Shown: piece by piece, positions 47,708-57,619 of the stretch | How the letters are laid out: each line of letters starts with the position of its first letter | Numbering within the stretch: the stretch's first letter is position 1 | NCBI GenBank assembly: GCA_030390025.1 | Contig: JASTWF010000339.1 | Coordinates: 310,001-374,000, forward strand | Length of the DNA stretch: 64,000 nucleotides | DNA from: Squalus acanthias | Lineage: Eukaryota | Direction: 5' to 3' | The notes under the pieces: model-generated | The model's input: the letters and a program-made list of their open reading frames with translations, nothing else | Told to the model about the DNA's origin: nothing | Databases searched by the model: none | Program-made: the position numbers and the translations under genes

Positions 47708-50700
47708 TGTTATGGGATGAAGTGCCAGACAAGTAAAGGCACAACGTCTGGGTGTGAATCTAATAATAACCTCACGGACCGTATAGGTGTGATAACCAGA
47801 CGGGCTTGTGGTTATGGTCTGGTCACAGATGGACTAAATTCCCCGAATTAGCAGGAGTTCAGGAGGCGGTCAACAGACGGGTCCAAACAATCCCATTTCC
47901 TGAGCGGTAACCAAGCTTGTGTATAAGAACAGGCCACTTAAGCCGTTGTCAGTTGGAACAGACTCGAGAAGATCGCGCGTGAATCCACGGTACTTCTATT
48001 CTCCAGATTGAGGGAATTATCACCCGATCTGTGTTATGCAGCGCTGTTAATAAAGCCTGGAGAGACAATTTGTGTTCTTGTGAGCTTGATTATCTGGTAT
48101 TCGAAACCCTGGGACTCCCGATTGTCATAAATCGCAAGTAACAACTCAGGAAGTACTACTGGGTGGCCAGCTGGGGTGCCGTCCAGGGAGTATAAATACT
48201 CAGGCATGGGCCCACCTTGGGCAGAGACAATCTGGAAACAGGAAGCTAGTGACTGCTAACTAGACCTCCATGTTTTGTTACAAGTTGATTAAAGCCTTGC
48301 TTTATGTTCAAGTGTGTAGTGAGTCTTTATTACGTCAATTTAATCAACTTGGTATCGTCTCCACGCTTTGGGTGATTCGGAACAACCAGCTGCAACTCGA
48401 ACCACAGAAGGGAACTTGGGCAAGAAACTGATCCATTATGGAAAAACTCCTTAGACCCGCTCGTCTCGACCTGGACCCGAATGCACCTGCGGCAGCAAAG
48501 GTATGGAAGCATTGGTTTCGTACCTTTAGCAACTTTCTTGAAGAATGTGGGGCGGATGTCCCTAATAAGTTACGAATGCTTATCAACTACGTGTCTCCTC
48601 ATGTGTATGATTATATTGAGGACTGTATAGACTATGACACTGCTATCGAAATCTTACAGCAGCTATATGTCAAGTCCCCAAATGAAATCTTTGCTCGACA
48701 CCTACTGGCCACAACTCGGCAGCAGCCTGGGGAATCACTCGATGAATTTCTCCAGAAACTTCGCAGGCTCAGCAACCTTAAAGCAGTTTCAGCTGAACAG
48801 TATCAAGAGGAACTAATCCGCGATTCCTTTATCAATGGAATCGCGTCCCCTTTTATACGTCAGCGCCTGCTGGAAAATAAAACCCTCAATTTACGGGCTG
48901 CTTATGACCAGGCGTGTTCCTTGGACTTGGCCAAGAAAAATGCAGACACTTATCTCCCACCACGTGCACGGGCGGCGGCTATCTCCTTTAATGAGTCTTT
49001 CGGTAGGTCTCGGGCGGATGCCCCCACTGATGTTGACTCTACTCTAACAGACGACGACCCTACCCTAGAGGCCTTCGCTGATGACGACCCCGCCCTAGCA
49101 GCATCCTGGCAATCAGGAAGAAAGTGTTTCTTTTGTGGAGGGGCGTGCCATCACAGAAAATTTTGCCCGGCTCGTAATGTGACCTGCAATCATTGCAGCA
49201 AGAAAGGACACTTTTCCAAGGTATGCCAGTCACGGGCCTTTGCTAACAAGAAAGGCCGCTCCTCTAAAGTATACCGGTCGAGAGCTCCTGTTAGCTTCAC
49301 AGCTGCTATCTATGGAGCTGCTCCTCCCCCAAGAACTACTGTTAAGGCTACAGTTGCCGAAGGGAAAATTGCCCCTCCTCCCATCACGGGTGTTTTTCCC
49401 CAAAGTTTGTCCCATGCAGCCACGAAGGTTTCAGTAAATGGGCACACTCTAAGCGCGCTAATCGACTCCTGCAGCTCTGACAGCTTCATTAGTAAGCGGG
49501 CTGTCAACAGGTTAAAACTGCACATTTATCCCTCGGACAGGGAGATAGCAATGGCTCTGACGACACTGACCAACAATTCTTCTGGCTTCTGTCTGGTCAA
49601 CCTCATCCTCAACGGCCGCACGTATCTCTCCACCCGGCTCGGAGTACTCGCAAACTTATGCAGCGATGTGCTTCTGGGACAGGACTTCCAGAAGCAGCAC
49701 AAGAAGATCACTTTTGAGTTTGGAGGGTCAAGGCCGGAGCTTACCATTTCTAAGGTGCCGTTTTGTGCACTCTCGGCGGCCTTACTCGGTGAACCCTCCC
49801 TGTTTGCCAATCTTCCCCCCCGCTGTAAACCCATAGCCACCAAATCGCGGCGCTTTAGCCAAGATGATCGAGCGTTTATTGAGGCGGAAATCTCTCGCCT
49901 TTTAGTCGACGGTATTATCGAGCCATGTTCATCTCCCTGGCGGGCTCAGGTCGTCATCGTGAGGAATCCCTTAAAACAACATAAAAAACGTCTGTGTATC
50001 GATTATTCGCAGACTATTAATCTATATACCGATCTGGATGCCTACCCGCTGCCACGCATAGATGACATGGTCAACAACCTTGCCAAATACAAGGTATTCT
50101 CGACCTTCGATTTAAAAAGCGCGTACCATCAGGTGCCACTGCAAGACTCCGACAAGAAGTATACGGCCTTTGAGGCCAATGGTCGGCTTTTCCAGTTTCG
50201 CCGCCTTCCATTTGGGGTCACCAATGGGGTGGCCGTCTTCCAACGGGCCATGGATGGCCTAGTCCGGCAAGAGAACTTGACGGATACCTTTCCGTATTTA
50301 GACAATATCACTATTGCCGGCCATGATCAAAAGGAGCATGACGCCAATCTTCAGAGATTTTTTGACGTACTCCGCCGTCGCCACTTAACGTTAAACGAAT
50401 CCAAATCGGTGAAGTCGGTGCCATCGGTGAACATTCTTGGCTACTGGGTGGGCAACGGTGTTATTAAACCGGACCCAGAGCGACTTCGTCCACTTCAGGA
50501 GCTCCCTCCCCCGACGAACCTCGGCTCTCTTCGTCGGGCACTTGGCATGTTTGCTTATTACGCAAAATGGATACCACACTTCTCCGATAAAATACAGCCC
50601 CTGCTCCATGCGAAGTCTTTTCCATTGGAAGCTACGGCTATTTCTGCCTTCAACCTCCTCAAACGACAGCTGGAGAAAGCCACGCTTCGCTCCATTGACG

Positions 50701-52629
50701 AAAATCTTCCTTTTGTGGTCGAATGCGATGCATCGGAGGTGGCGATCTCCGCTACCTTGAATCAAGGTGGCCGACCCGTGGCATTCCTATCCAGAACCTT
50801 GCAGGGTAGCGAGCTCCATTACCCCCCCCCGTCGAGAAGGAGGCTACGGCCATCATCGAGGCTGTACGCCAATGGGGTCATTTTCTTGCTCGGCGTCATT
50901 TTACGCTTATAACTGACCAGCGCTCTGTGGCCTTCATGTTGGATAACCGGAGGCGCACGAAAATCAAAAATAATAAAATTCAACTCTGGAGGATGGAGCT
51001 GGCTGCCTTTGGATATACTATCTGTTACCGACCCGGCAAACAGAACGTGGCCCCAGATACCTTCACACGGGCATTTTGCTCCTCAATGTCAACGTCGACT
51101 CTGGCGGATTTGCATATGGACTTATGCCATCCTGGTGTGACCCGCATGTTGCACTTTGTGCGCTCCAAAAATCTACCATTTTCAACCGAGGACGTAAAGA
51201 AAACATGCTCCTCCTGTAGGATTTGTGCAGAATTGAAACCACAATTCTTTCGCCCATCAGATGGCTTACTCACACATGCAATGCAGCCTATGCAGAGGCT
51301 CAGCATAGACTTTAAAGGGCCATTGCCTTCGTCGACAAGGAACACCTACCTACTTACGATGGTGGACGAGTATTCACGCTTTCCCTTCGCCTTCCCCTGC
51401 CCTAATGCTTACCTCTACGGTAATTAAATGCCTCGATCAGGTCTTTTCCCTTTGCGGGACGGACAATTTTATCCACACTGATCGGGGTCCCTCCTTTATG
51501 TCGAGTGAACTTAAAAGTTATCTCTCCCAACGGGGAATCGCCTCAAGTAGGACGACACCATATCACCCAATCGGTAACGGACAGGTTGAACGATACAATG
51601 CCATCATCTGGAACGCTGTCCGTCTGGCACTAAGGTCACGCAACCTGCCGGACCAGCAGTGGGAAACGGTGCTCCCCGACGCATTACACTCTATCAGGTC
51701 TCTTCTCTCCACATCTACTAATGTCACGCCTCATGAGCGATTCTTCAAATTCCGGCGTCGCTCTACACATGGGACGTCTCTACCGTCATGGTTGGTGGCT
51801 CCAGGCCCGGTACTACTCCGGAGGTTCGTCCGGTCGGCCAAAAACGACCCTCTCGTTGACGAGGTGGAGTTAACGGAGGTAAACCCCACGTATGCGCACG
51901 TACGGTATCCTGATGGCCGGGAGACCACCGTCTCGCTCCGAGATCTGGCTCCCTGCCCAACCGGTCACACGGGCCCGAATGATGAAGGATCCCCCGACAA
52001 TGATATCAACACTCCGCACCCCTATGAAAATGACGCCCCGCCTGGGACATCGGGGGATCTGCCGGCAACGCTACCGGATCAACTCAGGGAGCTGGACGCT
52101 CCCAGTAGGATGGCCACCCGAAACCAGGACGCCGGACAATCTCCAGCCACGACCCGGGATGAGGCCAGCTCAGCACCTGTGGGGACCCGCACCCGGAGTC
52201 ATGATATTCCCAGTCCTCCACAGGATGATCAAGATGACGCGGACTCTACTGACTTACCGGTACGGGCCAAGCGACCCAGGGACCAGGAGACGTGCCTTCC
52301 AGTCACAAGCAGAGAGCTAAACGTCTGCGGCTATTTCTGGTCCGCCTAGTCCGTTAAAGGAAGACTGGCCTTCCAAACCTTTTAGGGAGGAAGAATGTCA
52401 TAAATCGCAAGTAACAACTCAGGAAGTACTACTGGGTGGCCAGCTGGGGCGCCGTCCAGGGAGTATAAATACTCAGGCATGGGCCCACCTTGGGCAGAGA
52501 CAATCTGGAAACAGGAAGCTAGTGACTGCTAACTAGACCGCCATGTTTTGTTACAAGTTGATTAAAGCCTTGCTTTATGTTCAAGTGCGTAGTGAGTCTT
52601 TATTACGTCACCGATCATTAGAGTCAACC
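47708..52629 (+). mobile_element. Solo LTR (~430 bp: 47708-48122 + 52616-52629) interrupted by Gypsy copy 2
   Basis: Starts TGTTATGG, TATA-like gtataag ~47921, AATAAA 48049-48054; homolog at 19630-19975 shows the continuity across the insertion. Confidence 0.6.
48123..52610 (+). mobile_element. Full-length Ty3/Gypsy (Mag-like) LTR retrotransposon, copy 2
   Basis: LTRs 48123-48337 and 52396-52610 (3 substitutions seen), 5-bp TSD CCGAT, PPT 52381-52395, gag-pol 48438-52349 with two frameshifts. Confidence 0.97.
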
Positions 52630-52632
52630 TCA

Positions 52633-52830
52633 GTGTGTGGAAAGGGATTCCCTGGTGTATCCCACCCGCTGACACACCAGAGTGTCCACATTGTGACTGC
52701 GGTGGGTCGATTCCACTGTTTACGATGCCTTTAATCACATCCAGGACTGAACCATGTTAATTCAGGTAACTGGGGCTTGTTAATGTTAAGAGCCCCCAAT
52801 AAGTGGGCTGGATTTAAAGATTATTCCCTG
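52633..52830 (+). pseudogene. Remnant of a ZNF last finger plus 3' UTR
   Basis: VCGKGFPGVSHPLTHQSVH followed by sequence like 9085-9210. Confidence 0.65.
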
Positions 52831-52859
52831 TTTTCTCAGTACTGGTGAGCAGAGAGAAG

Positions 52860-53255
52860 CTGATGGTATAGAATCATAGAGCACAGTAGGATGCCTTTCG
52901 GCCCATCGTGCTGGTGCCGGCTCTCTGAAAGAGCGATGCAATTAGTCCCACTGCCCTGCTCTTTCCCCATAGTCCTGCAAATTTTTGCCTTTAGTATATA
53001 TCCAATTCCCTTTTGAAATTTACTATTGAATCTGCTTCCACCTCCCATTCAGGCAGTGCATTCCAGATCATCACAATTCGCTGTGTAAAAAAATCTCCTC
53101 ATTTCCTCTCTAGATTCTTTCACCAATGATCTGAAATCTGTGTCCTCTCGTTACCGACCCTCCTGCCAGTGACAACAGCTTCTCCTTGTTTGCTCGATCA
53201 AAAACCCTCAATTTTGAGCCCCTCGTTCACATCTCCACTTAACCATCTCTGCTCC
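52860..53255 (-). mobile_element. CR1 3' fragment
   Basis: Typical CR1 ORF2 end and tail on the minus strand. Confidence 0.75.
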
Positions 53256-53261
53256 AAGTTA

Positions 53262-53734
53262 CATGATGTGATCCGGACTCGAGTCATCATTGGCTTGTTC
53301 ACAGATGTGATTCCCAGTAAAAAAGTAAAAATTTTCCCAGTAAAAAAGTAAAAATTTTAAAGCTTTTCATTTTACATACAGACGGCAGCTTTTGACACGT
53401 TAGAACCCCTGCGACTACACCTCATTGTCTCAGTTGTATCTTGCTATGTCTTTGATGTGGTACCTTCCTGGCTGACTTGATTAACTTTATCACACCTCGG
53501 CAGATAGTCAGGATGATTTAATTTAGTGGTCTGCAATTGTAAGATACACATGCTTTGTTCTCTATCTATATATGCTTTGGCGATTCTGTATCTAATTTAC
53601 TTCACCTGAGGAAGGAGCAATCGATAGCTCCGAAAGCTTGTGATTTCAAATAAAACTGTTGGACTATAACCTGGTGTTGTGCGACCTCTCAATTTTGTCC
53701 ACCCCAGTCCAACACCGGCATCTCCGCATCATGA
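53262..53734 (+). mobile_element. Short non-coding Penelope-like terminal element of a second family
   Basis: TSD CCAAGTTA 53254-53261 and 53735-53742; contains a hammerhead motif followed by AATAAA. Confidence 0.65.
53602..53643 (+). ncRNA. Minimal type I hammerhead ribozyme motif
   Basis: TCAC-CTGAGGA-A-GGAGC-AATCGATA-GCTCC-GAAAGCTT-GTGA. Confidence 0.8.
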
Positions 53735-53929
53735 CCAAGTTATATTGCCATTGTTTTGTGAATTGTTGCTGTGATCGAGGTGCTGGATGTCCGTACCTGG
53801 GGAATGGGACATTCTATCCTCGTGAGCACCGAGTGTCAGCATCCAGCAATCTCTGGTCAGGGACTGTCTTTTTAAACTGCCTCACCTGAGTTTTTTGACT
53901 CCCTGATTTCATTATTAAACATTTCAGAG

Positions 53930-54760
53930 TTTTTGCAGAGTGACCAAGTCTAAACAGATAAATGTGAGGTATTACATTTTGGTAGGAAGAATGGGGAGGT
54001 CACTATCACTTGGAGGTTGCGAGTCTAGGTGGGGTAGAGGAACAAAGGGATCTCGGAGTACAAATCACAAATTAGTAAAAGTTGCGACACAGGTTAGCAA
54101 GGACTTAAAAAAAGCAAACCAAGCACTAGGGTTTATTTCTAGAGGTATAGAATTGAAAAGTAGTGAAGTTATGCTAAACCTGTATCGAACCTTGGTTAGA
54201 CCACACTTAGAGTACTGCGTACAGTTCTGGTCGCCATATTATAAAAAGGATATAGAGGCACTGGAGAGGGTGCAGAGAAGATTTACAAGGATGATACGAG
54301 AAATGCGAAGGTATACATATCAGGAAAGGATGAACAGGCTGGGTCTCTTTTCTCTTTAAAAAAGAAGGCTGAGGGGTGACCTAATAGAGGTCTTTAAAAT
54401 TATGAAAAATGTTGATAGAGTGGATAGAGAGAGAATGTTTCCACTTGTGGGGAAGAGCATAACTAGAGGCCATCAATATAAGATAGTCACCAAGAAATCC
54501 AATAGGGAATTCAGAAGAAACTTCTTTACCCAAAGATTGGTGAGAATGTGGAACTCGCTACCACAGGGAGTGGTTGAAGCGAATAGTATCGAAGCATTTA
54601 AGGGGAGGCTAGACAAGCATATGAGGGAGAAGGGAATAGAGGATTATGCTGATAGATTTAGATGAGGAAATACGGGAGGCGGCTTGAGTGGAGCAGAAAC
54701 ACCGGCATGGACTGGTTGGGCCGAATGGCCTGTTTCTGTGCTGTATATCCGATGTAATCC
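53930..54760 (+). mobile_element. CR1 3' fragment
   Basis: LYRTLVRPHLEYCVQFW..RRNFFTQR, tail. Confidence 0.88.
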
Positions 54761-54796
54761 TGTGTCAAGTATCCCAGCTGGCTTAGCTCCAGGCAC

Positions 54797-55249
54797 TTTA
54801 GCTCAGTGGGCAGCACTCTCACCTCTGAGTCAGAAGGTCGTGGGTTCAAGTCCCAGTCCAGAGACTTGAGCATAAAAATCTAGGTTGACACTCCAGTACT
54901 GAGAGAGTGCTGCACTGTCAGAGGTGCCGTCTTTCGGATGAGATGTTAAACCGAGGCCCCCGTCTGCTCTTTCAGGTGGATGTAAAAGATCCCATGGCAC
55001 TACATTGAAGAAGCGCAGGGGAGTTCTCCCCGGTGTCCTGGGGCCAATATTTACCCCTCAATCAACATCACTGAAATAGATTACCTGGTCATTGTCACAT
55101 TGCTGTTTGTGGGAGCTTGCTGTGCGCCAATTGGCTGCCGCGTTTCCTACATTACAACAGTGACTACACTTCAGAAGTTCTTCATTGGCTGTAAAGCGCT
55201 TTGGGACATCCTGAGGTTGTGAAAGGTGCTATATAAATGCAAGTCTTTC
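54797..55249 (+). mobile_element. Full-length SacSINE1-like Deu-domain SINE
   Basis: Pol III A box 54799-54809, B box GGTTCAAGTCC 54843-54853, central domain and gctatataaatgcaagtctttc tail; family name from recall. Confidence 0.8.
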
Positions 55250-55629
55250 TCAGCAAGAGGGCGAGTGTCAGTGGTTGGAAGGAGGAGCTCAGTGTTGTCA
55301 CTGGGTGGACACAGACAGATTGAAGCTAAAAGACAGAGAATGCTGAAGTTTGGAATGATAACACCCAAAGTCAGGAGATGAGCCCTTTGTCTAGATAAGG
55401 GAGTTGGTTGCTAAGAGACCCACAGACCTAATAACACTGCAAACTGCTCAGGCAGCAGACTTGTTGCAACATGTGAGGTAATGAGTGGGTTGGTGCACAG
55501 ACAACAGAGCCTTGGGCATTCCTGAGAGACACAAACTGGTTCTGTAACCGGGAGAACAGGTTGAAGCTCGTCTGAGGTGTTAACACAGAGTCAGCTTGGG
55601 GATGGGATGATCAATGACTAGTGGATAAT

Positions 55630-56065
55630 AGAAACATAGAAACATAGAATCTAGGAGCAGGAGTAGGCCATTCGGCCCGTCGAGCCTGCTCTGCCATTCA
55701 ATACGATCATGGCTGATCATCCAAATCCAGTACCCTGTCCCTGCTTTAATCCCCACAGTACACATATCCCACCCGACCCCCGTAACCCCACGTATTTAAT
55801 TCCCCCTAACATATCCCATCCTATCCCCATAACCCCACATATTTAATCCCCCCTAACACTAAGGGTCAATTTATCATAGCCAAATCAACCTAACCCACAC
55901 ATTTTTGGACTGTGGGAGGAAACCGGAGCACCCGGAGGAAACCCACGCAGACACGGGGAGAATGTGTAAACTCCACACAGACAGTCACCCGAGGTCAGAT
56001 TCGAACCCGGGTCTCTGGCGCTGTGAGGCACCAGTGCTAACCACTATGCCACCGTGTTGCCCCAG
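55630..56065 (-). mobile_element. Full-length HE1-like V-SINE
   Basis: tRNA-like head (tggcatagtgg; ggttcgaat), V-domain gtgggtttcctccgggtgctccggtttcctcccaca, CR1-type tail. Confidence 0.82.
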
Positions 56066-56089
56066 GCAGCTGAATAGTATCAAGGTGGA

Positions 56090-57429
56090 ATAACAACAGA
56101 AAACGCTGGAAAAACTCAGCAGGCCAGGCAGCATCCGTGGAGAGAGAAAGAGAGTTAACGTTTCAGGTCGATGACCTTTCATCAGAACTGGGAAGAGCCG
56201 GAAATCAAATAGATTTAAGGCCAGGGTAAAGCTGGGAAAAGGGGGAGGGGATAAAGGAACAAAGGGGGAGATGAAGAGACATTAAGAGATATGCAAGGCT
56301 AGAGGTGGTGTTAATGTGACAGATTAAGGCTGAATGAAGTGTGAAATCCACTGGCAGAATGAAGGACAGCTGCCAGCTTCTAGGAGGAAAAAAAAGGTGG
56401 GGGGGGGGACAAATAAAAATAAAATATAAATGTGATTGGAGCTGAGGTTATGATCTAAAATTGTTGAACTCGATATTGAGTCCAGAGGGCTGTAGCGTGC
56501 CTAAACGAAAGATGAGGTGCTGTTCCTCGAGCTTACGCTGCGCTTCCGTGGAACAATGTAATAGGCCGAGGATGGTGAGGTCAGAGTGGGAGTGAAGCGG
56601 TGAATTAAAGTGACAGGCCACCGGGAGCTCGGGGTCCCCCTTACGGACTGAACGGAGGTGTTCCGCAAAGCGGTCACCCAATCTGCGTTTGGTCTCCCCA
56701 ATGTAGAGGAGTCCACATCGTGAGCAGCGAATACAGTATACTAAATTGCAGGAAGTACAAGTAAATCGCTGTTTCACCTGGAAGGGGTGTTTGGGGCCCT
56801 GGACAGTGGGAAGAGGGGAGGTATAAGGGCATGTGTTGCATCTCCTGCGCGTGCACGGGAAGGTGCCGGGCGAAGGGGAAGGGGTGCTGGGGGTGGTAGA
56901 GGAGTAGACTAGGGTGTCGCGGAGGGAGCGGTCCCTACGGAATGCTGAAAGGGGAGGTGAGGGGAAGATGTGTTTGATGGTGGGATCACGCTGGAGGTGG
57001 CGGAAATGGCGGAGGATGATCCGTTGAATGTGGAGGCTGGTGGGGTGAAAGGTGAGGACAAGGGGAACCCTATCGTGGTTCCGGGAGGGAGGGGCAGGGG
57101 TGAGGGCAGAAGTGCGGGAGATAGAACGGACACGGTCGAGGGCCGTGTCGACCACGGTAGAGGGGAATCCTCGGTTGAGGAAAAAGGAAGACACGTCAGA
57201 AGCACTGGTATGGAAGGTGGCATCATCAGAGCAGATGCGGCGGAGACGGAGAAACTGGGAGAATGGAATAGAGTCCTTACAGGAGGCGGGGTGGGAGGAA
57301 GTGTAGTCCAGGTAGCTGTGGGAGTCAGTGGGCTTGTAGTGAATGTTAGTCAATAACCTATCCCCAGAGATGGAGATGGCGAAGTCGAGGAAGGGAAGGG
57401 AAGAGTCGGAGATGGACCATGTGAAGGTG
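56090..57429 (-). mobile_element. 5'-truncated Penelope-like element (RT C-terminus + GIY-YIG)
   Basis: Open ORF 56448-57429 (LPFLD..YKPT..YIGET); 14-bp TSD AGTATCAAGGTGGA 56076-56089 and 57430-57443. Confidence 0.95.
56153..56189 (-). ncRNA. Minimal type I hammerhead ribozyme motif
   Basis: Identical to 44412-44448. Confidence 0.82.
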
Positions 57430-57619
57430 AGTATCAAGGTGGAGCCTGTGTCCTGCAATAGTTCGAATTCTCGGGACGGCCGGAAGTCCACAGCCGAGCA
57501 GGCAGTCTAGAGAGCCGGAACTGCTGGCTCCGGGGTCGAGGAACCAGGTTGTGCTACTTGCGTGTCATTCAATGTAATCTGAAGACAGTTGTATTGTGAG
57601 TAAAGTATTACACAGTATT

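Noticed and set aside
48350..48357. TGGTATCG as a tRNA-Met-type PBS
   Set aside because: 12 nt away from the LTR, only a short match, and copy 1 has TGATATCG
50821..50830. Programmed frameshift at the C-run in RNase H
   Set aside because: Run length differs between copies (8 versus 9; 7 restores frame), consistent with homopolymer slippage or sequencing error
37651..52610. Two Gypsy copies as a segmental duplication or assembly duplicate
   Set aside because: Different TSDs and flanks, private indels
54797..54860. tRNA genes (also 43948-44015 and 56000-56065)
   Set aside because: A/B boxes belong to SINE heads continuing into SINE bodies
57460..57550. Small CpG/ETS-motif patch as a promoter
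   Set aside because: Too short and no linked exon could be supported
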